DNA of 64,000 bases, taken from contig JALVSY010000016.1 of NCBI GenBank assembly GCA_027036135.1, positions 448,001 to 512,000 of the forward strand, in the 5' to 3' direction. Below are positions 11,601 through 20,213 of the stretch, in pieces; position 1 is the stretch's first letter, and every line of letters begins with the position of its first letter. The notes below the pieces were generated by a model. It ran no database searches and had not been told where the DNA came from. It saw only the letters and a program-made list of their open reading frames with translations. This DNA is from Pyrodictiaceae archaeon (lineage in GTDB: Archaea; Thermoproteota; Thermoprotei_A; Sulfolobales; Pyrodictiaceae). A program made the position numbers and the translations under genes.

Positions 11601-13060
11601 TCGCTAGGAGGCGTAGCAACGACTAGGCGGCCAGCAGGGTCGAGGTAGACGAGGCTATCCAGTAGCTTCTCGAGTGGCCTAGCCTCGTCCCTTGGTGCTA
11701 GCTGGGGCATCAGCTTAGCTACCTCTGGCTCTACCCCGCGGAGGAGCTTGAACGCGTCCTCCACAGCTGGTACCAGGACGACGCTGTGGACTAGGCGCTG
11801 GACACCCAGCTCTCTACGAGGCCATGCTTGTTCACCGTACATGTTGAGTTCTCTCACAGCCTCGGCTAGGAGCTCTCTGCGGAGACTAGTAGCCTCTACT
11901 AGCTGTTGCCAAGTAGCAGCGCCCCGCGCCACTAGCTCGTCAAGTACCCTCCTAGCCCGGGACGGGTCTAGGCCAGCGAGCTTAGCCCTAGCCTCCCAGC
12001 CATCGATTAGCCTCGCATAGGCCTCAGAGTTTATCGCGGGTATCTCTGCGCCCCCGACGCTTAGCTTGAGGCTCTCAAGCGCCTCCAACAACTCCTCTGT
12101 ATCAAGTATAGCGACGGCGTCGCCACAGCCTCTCCGGCCACGGCTCCACGATACCAGGTAGCGGAAGGCAGACACTATGGCGCCCATGTTGCCGAGGCTA
12201 CTGGAGACAACCGCGTTGGCCAAGCCGTGGTCAACTAGTAGTGCGTCGAGTCCCTCTCCGAGAGAGTAGCGCGAGAGACTCTCGAGGAACGCGAATGCCT
12301 CTCTACGGCTAAGCGGTTGAACCCATATAGTCCTCACCCGTCTCTTGAGACGAGCGGCTATCGTGGCGAAGTCCCTTAGCCCCATGAGCCTACTATAAGC
12401 GGGTGGAGTAAGGCTAGCAACCACGTGGAACCTACCGCTTAGGCACTTCTCTCCCCTGCACCGAGCAGAGACAAGCTCGATGTCACCGTTGAGGAGCCCC
12501 ACTAGCCCAGCAACGATTACTCCTAGCTCCTCCTCGGAGGCCGAGGCGACTAAGTCCTCAAGCTCGTCTATGAACACTATTACGCCCCTGCCCTTGCCTG
12601 CTAGCTCCTCGAGTACGCGCTCCACGTAGTCACGTAGACTGGGAGCCGCGTCAGGTGGTCCGAAGCGTGCAAGGAGCCCGGCATTCTCGAGCCCAGCTGC
12701 GAGCAGAGCAGCCGCGAGGCGATAGGCTGGATCCTTTTCCGAGCGCTGACGAAGAGCCCCGAGGTGAGCTTGTATAGTAGCTGCCCTTGTCTCGAGTGTT
12801 AGCCAGCCACGTCGCTCAGCCCATGGCTTGACCCGGGCATTATAGATGCTTGTCTTGCCCTCACCCCACTCAGCTACTAGCATTACTAGTACGGGGTCAC
12901 TGCTCTTCTCTAGCTCGTTAAGCGCCTCAGCTACTTGCTGATAGACTCGCTGCCTGCTAGGCAGTGGCGGGATGTACTCGTCTAGCATCCCGGCATCGGT
13001 GCCAGTTAGGCTCGGTAGCCTCCGGGGTACAGCGCCGCACCCGGGACTCCTAGTAGCCAT
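8621..13060 (-). CDS. 1479-aa P-loop NTPase with long coiled coil and C-terminal winged helix
   Basis: Walker A-like AEWGEGKTS, Walker B VIVFIDELE, arginine-finger-like ARLKRR; heptad-rich C-terminal third; ends ARRVLIRLIEKGVLEP. Confidence 0.85.
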   Translation of the reverse strand: MATRSPGCGAVPRRLPSLTGTDAGMLDEYIPPLPSRQRVYQQVAEALNELEKSSDPVLVMLVAEWGEGKTSIYNARVKPWAERRGWLTLETRAATIQAHLGALRQRSEKDPAYRLAAALLAAGLENAGLLARFGPPDAAPSLRDYVERVLEELAGKGRGVIVFIDELEDLVASASEEELGVIVAGLVGLLNGDIELVSARCRGEKCLSGRFHVVASLTPPAYSRLMGLRDFATIAARLKRRVRTIWVQPLSRREAFAFLESLSRYSLGEGLDALLVDHGLANAVVSSSLGNMGAIVSAFRYLVSWSRGRRGCGDAVAILDTEELLEALESLKLSVGGAEIPAINSEAYARLIDGWEARAKLAGLDPSRARRVLDELVARGAATWQQLVEATSLRRELLAEAVRELNMYGEQAWPRRELGVQRLVHSVVLVPAVEDAFKLLRGVEPEVAKLMPQLAPRDEARPLEKLLDSLVYLDPAGRLVVATPPSEEDAVLLVADAAPIELSRSEAERLAGILWEGLFSKLLPMRGEHTLLLSPKMQRVLYVSPELHYLDFIADRVERLRIIRRVYTEAGKQHLLLGIAALLASEGMLAAEPAVQGDGVARVTLRLLGDATARLMLYTVPGQVTSAEAKRLESQLLTALMTNWRPHAILLVYHGGVEPQAERILEALEAKFFVKIVRAPIDSMMTRVRLQALGIRMSDAYGGVEEALRNIDRVVREPGEAEAAGLDPLRLTNLLRELGEELRIKERLIRGLEEGVDNTPIIIRDPALGYDVERPTELSGALRYFLVAPSTRATVQEALNAAYEYVMRYHLYRGQGGEGRGLLSPDIDRNEYTTLERYMTLLAANGFLEKRNGSVYIDVLSPFEKAVIRVLEQLDARNREVQASQIWDHLVMAARNPGTRRMILQSLLYRGLVVTASGSSRRVDAERARLRLTDSDEDAWRLVEEARQVIEEIEKNPVAATWGLVVSAKARDYRAGSLEEFTKKMRALLDTAVEALRAGNRLMSLRLARLVYDTATYVRDEVLSAHVARAAEDARRLRAEIENTTRRAGELVEALSSQLETLLGKRVRVRTPVIERLKGALSVFEEIERLHLSEEELEKNIARIWDEAKKKHPRDPGRYTPFYVNGLGPVIHYNYKLYLLYKRLEELGIVQLAETGPRLEPRIEQLLARLEAILESVRRILEDTAETRRLAEKLSEKLGKLGVKIPPEKLALPGFEAKGAEELSVEELEELVKALRRSLEEARRPLVELDEQVTRLLEELAGLEESLVAARSWYKALARAYEEAKEAALAQAAMLGEALSDLDSALGQAEAMKNKALETLRMHSSDVLEAVRAARSLVESARTILRDSLDRGQRVLREAEAEAKRVLASLEAEAAALEEALRAIGREPPRPEKRGDVFATIKAMRSHLETLRRLIEEARVLGAEELKAYQEIVRERRRRGELLFREAVQLVAERLGLEADEARRVLIRLIEKGVLEPRI

Positions 13061-13246
13061 TAGTCCCCCTAGCTAGAAGAAGAGCGGTAACACACGTACA
13101 ACGACACCCATAAACGAGCAGCGGTAACACCGTATATACACCAGTACTATTCCCTGTCCGGCAAAGCTTCGCCAGAGTCTTACATGATAGGTGCTCGTAT
13201 AGCCTAGAACTAGTTTTTTGAACCAAGAAACACCCACTACGAAACC

Positions 13247-14215
13247 ATGGTGACCCTCTTCTTGCGCAGCAACGGCCCGCTCCTAGTGCTAGCCCTCGGC
13301 GGCAACGCTTTCATGAGAAAGGGCGAGGGGATAGAGAAGCAATGGGACAACGTGCGCACAGCAGCTAAGGCAATAGTAGAGCTTGTTGAGAAAGGGTACC
13401 GCGTGGTAGTAACCCATGGTAATGGGCCGCAGGTAGGTCTCATACTCGAGTGGATTCACAAGGTCTCGCCTCACCTAGCGAGTGCTCTTACAATGGACAT
13501 AGCGGGGGCGATGACGCAGGGATGGCTAGGCTACATGCTCCAACAAGCAATAGGCAACGAGCTAGAGGAGCGAGGCCTATCGAGAAGAGTAGCAACAATA
13601 GTAACACAAGTACTTGTTGATAAGAATGATCCAGCATTCGCTAACCCTACTAAGTATGTGGGCAGCTATTATGACTGCAAAGAGGCAGCGGATATAGCTA
13701 GGAAGACGGGCTGGGTGTTCAAGCCCGACCCCCGGGGCGGTTGTAGGAGAGTAGTACCGAGCCCACGGCCGCTAGAGGTAGTTGAGCTAGACGCTATAAA
13801 GAAGCTAGTAGGAAGCGACTACATAGTGGTAGCGGTTGGTGGTGGAGGAGTACCCGTTGTCAGGGAGAACCATGTGCTCCGAGGAGTAGAAGCGGTAATA
13901 GACAAGGACTTGGCCTCAAGCCTCCTCGCTAGGAGCATAGGAGCAGACATATTCGTCATACTAACCGATGTAGACCACGTTTACATAGATTATGGGAAGC
14001 CGTCCCAAAAGCCGCTAAAACTGCTAACAACTAGTGAGGCGAGGAGACTCCTAGAGGAGGGCCAGTTCCCACCAGGCAGCATGGGGCCAAAGGTACAGGC
14101 AGCAATAGAGTTCGTAGAGGCGCGGGGAGACAACGCCTACGCAGCAATAGGAAGGCTAGAGGAAGCACTAGACGTCGTAGAGGGCAGGAAGGGCACTAAG
14201 ATAATCAAGGGCTAG
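13247..14215 (+). CDS. arcC: Carbamate kinase (possibly CK-like carbamoyl-phosphate synthetase)
   Basis: ALGGNA, THGNGPQVG, RRVVPSP, EAVIDKD, GSMGPK. Confidence 0.95.
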   Translation: MVTLFLRSNGPLLVLALGGNAFMRKGEGIEKQWDNVRTAAKAIVELVEKGYRVVVTHGNGPQVGLILEWIHKVSPHLASALTMDIAGAMTQGWLGYMLQQAIGNELEERGLSRRVATIVTQVLVDKNDPAFANPTKYVGSYYDCKEAADIARKTGWVFKPDPRGGCRRVVPSPRPLEVVELDAIKKLVGSDYIVVAVGGGGVPVVRENHVLRGVEAVIDKDLASSLLARSIGADIFVILTDVDHVYIDYGKPSQKPLKLLTTSEARRLLEEGQFPPGSMGPKVQAAIEFVEARGDNAYAAIGRLEEALDVVEGRKGTKIIKG

Positions 14216-14236
14216 GGCCGAGATAGGGATAGCTCA

Positions 14237-15085
14237 TCACTCCTCTACTATCTCTCCCGCGAGAAGCTCTACCCCGAGCTTACTAGCCATCTCCTTAGCA
14301 TCCCTCGTAGCCTCTATCGCTAAGAGCATGCGCCTAGTAGCACTCTTGCCCAGTATGCGCTCAGCTACCCTTGTCTTCTCATGGAACCATAGCACGTCAT
14401 CGGGCTCAGCATACGCCTTAACCTCCAACAACCACAACTCATCGTCGTGAACATAGATGTCTATCTCGATTACAGCACCCCTAGCAATATACCTGCCATC
14501 AACATCAACGTACTGTAGCCTCTGCACACTAAGCGGCTTAATACCATGCCTCTCCAGTAAGTCTCGATAAATCTCCCTAATAAGGCCCTCCATCCTCATA
14601 CCCAGCCGGCGACTAAGAGCGCCAACACTCCTCTTGAGACCCTCAACGCTCTTCTCAAGCCTCCTCTGCCCCTCCATAAGCTCGGCAAACCTCTCCTCGA
14701 GTCTTTGTTGGCGCTCTTCTAGTCGTGCAAACCTTTCTTCTAATCGCTGCTGTCTCTCCGCGAGCTTCTTGAACTCCTCCTCTAGTTGCGCGAATCTCTC
14801 CTCTAATTGCGCAAATCGTTCCTCGAGCTTCTGTTGCCGCTCCTCGATCCTAGCGAATCGTTCCTCCAGTTTCCTGAACTCCTCTTCTAGCCTTAGCTGC
14901 CTCTCCTCAATACTTGCGAACCTCTCCTCAAGCCTTTGCTGGCACTCCTCAAGCCTACTAAACCTCTCCAAAAGCTCCCGGAAACCAAGTAGCCCCATAA
15001 CAGCGTAGCGGAACTTACGGTCAGACTCAAGAAGCCTCAATACCCGCTCCTTGAACTCGGCATCAGAGCCACTATTAATGGACAC
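14237..15085 (-). CDS. Coiled-coil repeat protein with a C-terminal PD-(D/E)xK nuclease-fold domain (DUF3782/DUF1626-like paREP type)
   Basis: Repeated LEERFA/QQRLEE heptads, then EIDIY...LLEVK. Confidence 0.85.
   Translation of the reverse strand: MSINSGSDAEFKERVLRLLESDRKFRYAVMGLLGFRELLERFSRLEECQQRLEERFASIEERQLRLEEEFRKLEERFARIEERQQKLEERFAQLEERFAQLEEEFKKLAERQQRLEERFARLEERQQRLEERFAELMEGQRRLEKSVEGLKRSVGALSRRLGMRMEGLIREIYRDLLERHGIKPLSVQRLQYVDVDGRYIARGAVIEIDIYVHDDELWLLEVKAYAEPDDVLWFHEKTRVAERILGKSATRRMLLAIEATRDAKEMASKLGVELLAGEIVEE
14650..14980 (-). repeat. Degenerate 21-bp (heptad) coding repeats
   Basis: Roughly 15 LEERFAx/LEERQQR units in the translation; boundaries approximate. Confidence 0.8.
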
Positions 15086-15294
15086 AGCTACCTACCCTTC
15101 TCTTCCCCCATAGTGCTAGGAAAGGGATGCGCTCCCTCCTATAAGTATCTAGGAACTTAAAGCGACATAGAATGCTGACCTTGCTCTCTGCGAGAACAAC
15201 GAGAACCAGGTTATCGCTACATGTATACGGGATGGCCAATAAATAAAAGAGAACCTAGTTCATGATGCGTTGTGCCCGGTTGTTATCCGGTACT

Positions 15295-15726
15295 TTATTG
15301 CTTCTTGGCCTCAGCGGCGGGCTTGTATAGTGGGCATAGGCCGCAGAACCATGGAGCCTTCGCGACATTCACTCGGTAGACTTCGCCATCGCTTACAACG
15401 TATTCCTCTCCTAGCTGCTTTGCCGCTTCCTTGCTAAGCCTCCAGAGCTTGCAAACTCCGTTCTCCCTGTAGATACATGTCTGGGACTTCCACGCTCCTA
15501 TCATTGCTGCTATTCTCTGGAAAGCCTCGAGCTTCGAGACCCTTGACTCGTAGAGGCTTAGGGAGGCAGCATAGCCCTCCACGATCTCCTGGAGCGACTT
15601 TACCTCAAAGCCTATTTTCTCTACACGTTCCTCAAGCTCTTCTAGTCTCTCACTCGTCTCGCTTACAACGTCCTTCTCGGGCTCAATTAGCGGGAACACT
15701 CTCTTCTCCTCCAAGCTTATAGACAT
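15295..15726 (-). CDS. Coiled-coil protein with a C-terminal Cys4 putative Zn-binding domain
   Basis: Likely ATG at 15726 (MSISLE); CIYRENGVC...FCGLCPLY. Confidence 0.7.
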   Translation of the reverse strand: MSISLEEKRVFPLIEPEKDVVSETSERLEELEERVEKIGFEVKSLQEIVEGYAASLSLYESRVSKLEAFQRIAAMIGAWKSQTCIYRENGVCKLWRLSKEAAKQLGEEYVVSDGEVYRVNVAKAPWFCGLCPLYKPAAEAKKQ

Positions 15727-15917
15727 CCCACGGCTCACCCCGCACATCCAAGGAGAGGAACGATTTTCCTCGCTCTCCCCGGGGCTGCACCCGTCGTAGA
15801 GTATCGTGAAGAGGAGCAGCGTCAAGCACTAGGCCCCGATAATACCAGGCAACGTGGACAGCGACACCAGAGTAATGAACAACCCCTGCCCAGAGCAACG
15901 CCTCCGGGTACACCGGT

Positions 15918-16343
15918 ATGGGTGTAGAGAAGTGGCTAGCCTACTCCCTAGCCTCGCTAATCCTATGGGGCGCCTGGGGCATACTCGTCAAGTACGTGTC
16001 AGAGACCCTTAATTGGTGACAACTATACTTCTACAGCGGCCTAGCAACAATAACCCTAGTACTCCTCATAGCACTGACCACATCTCACAACGTATTATCG
16101 GTGAGTCCCCGCAACGCGGCGCTAGCAGTACTAGCCGGGGTCTTCGGAGCAACCGGGTACGTAGCAATGATAAAAGCCCTCGAAGCAGGAGGCAAAGCCT
16201 CAATAGTAGTGCCGCTAACATCACTCTACCCAGCAGTAACAGTAATCCTAGCCTGGCTCCTCCTCGGAGAAAGAATAACCCCCAGCAAGGCAACCGGAAT
16301 AATACTAGCACTAATAGCGATATACCTCTTCTCAAGGCCTTAG
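15918..16343 (+). pseudogene. EamA/DMT family small transporter with a premature stop and a frameshift
   Basis: MGVEKWLAYSLASLILWGAWGILVK...NW* (in-frame TGA 16017-16019) QLYF..., frameshift near 16100, then GKASIVVPLTSLYPAVTVILAWLLLGERIT. Confidence 0.85.
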
Positions 16344-16981
16344 TTCTTCTTCATGAAGGCGTCTAGGCCTAGCTGCCTCGTCCTCTCCTCCGTCTTCCTA
16401 AGCGATTCCAGTTTCTCGAGAATGTGCTTAGGTGGTGCTGGCTTCTCGCCCCTCAGTAGCTTAGCGAAGAACGTGTCCCTCACGGGCTCATAGACTAGTT
16501 TGTAGAAGCGCTGGGGGTCTCGGAGCACCCACTCGGGGAACAACGAGACGTACTCGAGGGCCGCCCTCCAGGCCCTATCCCAGTCCATTAGCTTCGAGAC
16601 CTTGTACCTGACCTCCTTGTCAAAGTCGCGCGGCGTCTGCTCCTGACCTCCTATCATGAACCAGCCGCGCCTACTTACCTGGACGCACTCTCCCAGAACC
16701 TCCACCATGCCCTCCGGGCACTTCTCTCCCGGCCTTCTCTTAGCAGCTTTGCGCAATAACTGCTCAAGGGTAACGTTGTAGCGGGGATACCGGGGCCCAT
16801 AGTGCTTAGCCCACGCGTAGAAAATGGCACGGTTAAGCCCAAAGCTCTTAGCCTTGTCAAGATCCTTCTCCAGTACATAGTACCTTGCCGCCTGGAGCAA
16901 AGCCATTACTTGGAAACGCCCAACACCAGCCAGTTTCAACAAGTCCTCTGGCCGAGGCAAACCCGGCGCCACCTCTCCCAT
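16340..16981 (-). CDS. Conserved-looking hypothetical protein
   Basis: Intact 213-aa ORF; GRFQVMALLQAARYY...KAKSFGLNRAIFYAWAK; function not recognised. Confidence 0.75.
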   Translation of the reverse strand: MGEVAPGLPRPEDLLKLAGVGRFQVMALLQAARYYVLEKDLDKAKSFGLNRAIFYAWAKHYGPRYPRYNVTLEQLLRKAAKRRPGEKCPEGMVEVLGECVQVSRRGWFMIGGQEQTPRDFDKEVRYKVSKLMDWDRAWRAALEYVSLFPEWVLRDPQRFYKLVYEPVRDTFFAKLLRGEKPAPPKHILEKLESLRKTEERTRQLGLDAFMKKN

Positions 16982-17111
16982 GGATAAGCATAGCTAGGTG
17001 AGAGGCAATAGCCCCGGAGAAACCATAGTGATGTAACGCCTTTAATACGGGTACAGGCTAGACTAGATACACTTCATGGGGACACGCGGGCCAGGGAAGG
17101 GTTTTCCGGCT

Positions 17112-17199
17112 GCGGGGGTGCCCGAGCCAGGTCGAAGGGGGCGGGCTCAAGACCCGCTGGCGTAGGCCGGCGTGGGTTCAAATCCCACCCCCCGCACCA
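17112..17199 (+). tRNA. tRNA-Leu(CAA), CCA encoded
   Basis: Acceptor GCGGGGG/CCCCCGC; anticodon arm GCGGG-CTCAAGA-CCCGC; long variable arm; TTCAAAT T-loop. Confidence 0.97.
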
Positions 17200-17449
17200 C
17201 ATTCTCCTCTAATTTAGCTCTCTCGTTGCAAAGTTTCCCTCTGAATAAAATAATGCCTTGGCGTCTTCTTTCAAGTATAGCTTCGCTGATACTAGCATTC
17301 AACGAGTTGGTTTCATGGAGGATTTTAGGCTTAGGACGGGGAGGCTAACACAATTATCGTGGCGAGCTGATGTCATGGGCATCTATGGTGTATAAGTAGT
17401 TACGTTTATCCCTCTCTTTTGCCTTGTTTCCTAGAATGGGGCTGGTGCT

Positions 17450-17758
17450 GTGTCGCTTATTAATCGCCTTCTTGAGGAAATGGATAAGGAGCCCGAAGCC
17501 GCTAAGAAGCTTGCCAAGAGACTAGCAGCTGATATTGCCTCAGAGGGGTCCCTAAGAAGCCTATTATTAGAGGCGCTGCTTAGAGAGGCCGCTACTAAGG
17601 ATGACATAGCGAGACTTGAACAGCGACTTGGAGAGAGAATAGATCGGTTAGAGGAGCGCATGGATAGTCTCATTAAGTGGATTATAGGGCTTCTTGTGAC
17701 TATATGGGGCACAGTAGCCGTGATAGGCTTGGCGGTGCTAAGGGTGCTAGCGCACTAA
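17450..17758 (+). CDS. Short coiled-coil protein with C-terminal TM anchor (paREP15/DUF1640-like)
   Basis: ATKDDIARLE coiled coil plus KWIIGLLVTIWGT; paralog of 54624-55148. Confidence 0.8.
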   Translation: MSLINRLLEEMDKEPEAAKKLAKRLAADIASEGSLRSLLLEALLREAATKDDIARLEQRLGERIDRLEERMDSLIKWIIGLLVTIWGTVAVIGLAVLRVLAH

Positions 17759-18005
17759 GGGTCTTTGTTCTCTATGCTTATGCTCTTACTTTACTATTAT
17801 TGTCTCTTTCTTGGCAAGAGACCTTGTTTTCATAGACAATAGGCCTTATTAGCAGTGGTGGCGGGAATGATAGTAATGATAGTAATAAGGGGGAACGAGA
17901 TGTCGTTCTTCTCCCCTTGTGCTTTTAGGAGATACTAACAAGATAGATAGAGAAATAGAAAAGTGCATAGTAGTAACCATTTAATGCACAATGAATCTCC
18001 TTACG

Positions 18006-19634
18006 CTATGTGCTTGCGGCTATTCGTCTTTTCAGAATTCTCGGTGCCTGCGTTACCATGGTTCTGGTCATTATTTTTAATGCTGTCTTCTTATCACGTA
18101 TATTTATCTCGGAGAAGCTCTTCACTATTCTCGGATCCTCCTTTATCCTCCTTATCCAAGTCCTCATGGCGTCTAGTGCTTCTCCTATTAGGGCATTCAC
18201 TATTTTTCGTATTAGCGGGTTCTTGAGGCCTCTTAGCAGGACAGGGTATATGTACTCGGAGAACCTTATGCTGTGCTCCCAGCCAGCAACAATGGCTTCA
18301 ACAGCTTCCTGCGGTATCTCCTCCCATGTCATGAACTCTGCTCGTTTCTCTATCCTTGTCCCGCCTATTGGTACTAGGAATAAGGGGTATATCCAGCCCC
18401 GGAACCCCTCTTCCACGAGCCTGTCTATGAGCTCTGTTGTCCTGACATAGTCCTCGGGGGTGGCGTCTGGGAAGCCTATTATGTAGGTGAGGCATGGGTA
18501 CATGTAGTTATCGTTGAGGAGCTTACTTCCTTCGACTACTACCCATGGCCAGTCCTCGGGTTTCCAGGGATAAGGCTTGCCTCGGAAGTACTTCGCGACT
18601 ATTCTCGGGCTACCGCTCTCGAGCCCGACCTGCGGGAAGATGGGGCTCTTCTCCGACAAGCCATTTATGTCGCTTATGAATCTTACCGCGTCCTTGAGCA
18701 CCAGCGCGGATGACAAGGTTATGTGCGAGAAGGTTATCTGCTCGACGCCGTAGCTTTTTACAGCCTTATAGGTCTCCGCGAAGAGTTTCTTAACAGCCTC
18801 ACCGTTAAGGTGTAGGCCCTTGGCACCGTAAAGGAGCACGTCTTCCGTTACAAACTCTATTACCTTTGCCCCTGTTCTAGCATTCAGCTCCGCTTCTCTG
18901 AGAACCGTATCGAGGGGTATTGAGCGGAAGAAGAAGGTAGTTGGTTTGCAGAACTGACAGCCTCGTGGACATCCACGTGTTATTTGGACTAGGCCGTTCC
19001 TTGAGGGGGTTATTATGGGTGGTATCTCGTCGGGCGGTACTATTCTCCCCGCAACATATCTTGGAACCTTCTCGCCACCTAGGATCTTCTTGACGAGAAG
19101 CGGGAAGTCTAGCTCAGCCTCTCCATCATAGACAACGTCTATCCCGAATCTGTCCTCACGTCCTCGTAGCTGCCAGACCCCCGGACCGCCAACAACTACT
19201 CGGAAGCCGTAGCGCTTCTTAAGCCGCTTGACCTTCTCCATGAGTTTCTCGAACTCTAGCGCTGTGCAGGTCTTCCCGCCACCAGTCATCACCCTCAATG
19301 TCCAGGATACAGGTGCTAAGCCCTGGGGGTCAACTGTGTGAATACCCAGTATCTCTGTATCCTTATCAACTACTTTCTCAAGCTTCTCGGGGGGAGTAAT
19401 AATTACATCCTCTATCCTAAACCCCGCAGCCACTAATGCCGCCTCAACCTTAGCAAGGCCGTAGGGGGCGTAGAGGGCTCTCCCATTCTCGTCGAGTGTT
19501 CTCGGTGCAAGGATATGATACTCCACGAAGCGCGGTATGAGCCGTGCGGGTAGGCAGAGCCCAAACCCAAGTGCATCTACTCCACCAAAGTCCGTGAAGA
19601 GAGCCCGGTCGGCTGTGAGAACTATCCTAGCCGT
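18006..19634 (-). CDS. Radical SAM protein with B12-binding-like N-terminal domain; the conserved frame extends to an ACG codon at 19634
   Basis: TRGCPRGCQFC; APYGLAKVEAAL; VVVGGPG; upstream in-frame RIVLTADRALFTDF beyond the GTG at 19526. Confidence 0.88.
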   Translation of the reverse strand, partial: TARIVLTADRALFTDFGGVDALGFGLCLPARLIPRFVEYHILAPRTLDENGRALYAPYGLAKVEAALVAAGFRIEDVIITPPEKLEKVVDKDTEILGIHTVDPQGLAPVSWTLRVMTGGGKTCTALEFEKLMEKVKRLKKRYGFRVVVGGPGVWQLRGREDRFGIDVVYDGEAELDFPLLVKKILGGEKVPRYVAGRIVPPDEIPPIITPSRNGLVQITRGCPRGCQFCKPTTFFFRSIPLDTVLREAELNARTGAKVIEFVTEDVLLYGAKGLHLNGEAVKKLFAETYKAVKSYGVEQITFSHITLSSALVLKDAVRFISDINGLSEKSPIFPQVGLESGSPRIVAKYFRGKPYPWKPEDWPWVVVEGSKLLNDNYMYPCLTYIIGFPDATPEDYVRTTELIDRLVEEGFRGWIYPLFLVPIGGTRIEKRAEFMTWEEIPQEAVEAIVAGWEHSIRFSEYIYPVLLRGLKNPLIRKIVNALIGEALDAMRTWIRRIKEDPRIVKSFSEINIRDKKTALKIMTRTMVTQAPRILKRRIAAST

Positions 19635-19802
19635 CCGGGCACCACCTCAGTTATTTTAACATGTGATAAACCCCCGTATTTAGCTTATCACCGATGATTC
19701 TCAAGACCTAGTTACAGGTTCGCAAAGAGAACCCGGCGAGAAGCAACAATAGCTTAATTATTTCCCCTGGGCCCTCTGGAGAGCAATAAGGGTGTCCAGA
19801 TA

Positions 19803-20213
19803 GTGTCTGGTGTTCTTAGTAGCCTTCTTCTCGGCTATCGGCTTAACTTAGAGAAGGCTGAGGGCTTGGAGGAGAAGGGGCTTCTTGTCCCAGCGGCTTA
19901 TCACCTATATGTTGCTCTCCAGCTTCGTGCATCTGCTCTCCTCTACCTAGTGGATCCCGGTTCTAGCCATAATTGCTCCGTGTCGGTTATCCTCCGCTTG
20001 ATTGAGAAGAGGCTCCGTGAGCGGGGCTTCGCTGGGCTCGCCGAGAGGGTTGGGAAGCTGGTTGAGGAGTATCGTGACGCTATTGTGTGGGCTGAGAAGG
20101 TGCATACACTGGCTATGTATAAGCCCGTGGAGATAGACAGGGATAAGATGAGGAGGGTCAAGGAGCTTATAGAGAGGCTCGATGAGCTGGAGAGGGTATT
20201 GACTAGGCGCTAG
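19803..20213 (+). CDS. Solo HEPN-domain protein (divergent)
   Basis: Helical pattern AAYHLYVALQLRASALL...SHNCSVSVILRL; no adjacent MNT gene. Confidence 0.6.
   Translation: MSGVLSSLLLGYRLNLEKAEGLEEKGLLVPAAYHLYVALQLRASALLYLVDPGSSHNCSVSVILRLIEKRLRERGFAGLAERVGKLVEEYRDAIVWAEKVHTLAMYKPVEIDRDKMRRVKELIERLDELERVLTRR

Noticed and set aside
8621-13060. Calling the giant ATPase SMC/Rad50
   Set aside because: Walker A and B are both N-terminal; no hinge or zinc hook and no C-terminal ABC signature
15683-15913. 76-aa minus-strand ORF
   Set aside because: Could be real, but it has no motif and overlaps the next gene; not enough support
16017-16019. TGA as selenocysteine or recoded Trp
   Set aside because: The same gene also has a frameshift, TGA is used as a normal stop throughout the window, and the context is a membrane transporter
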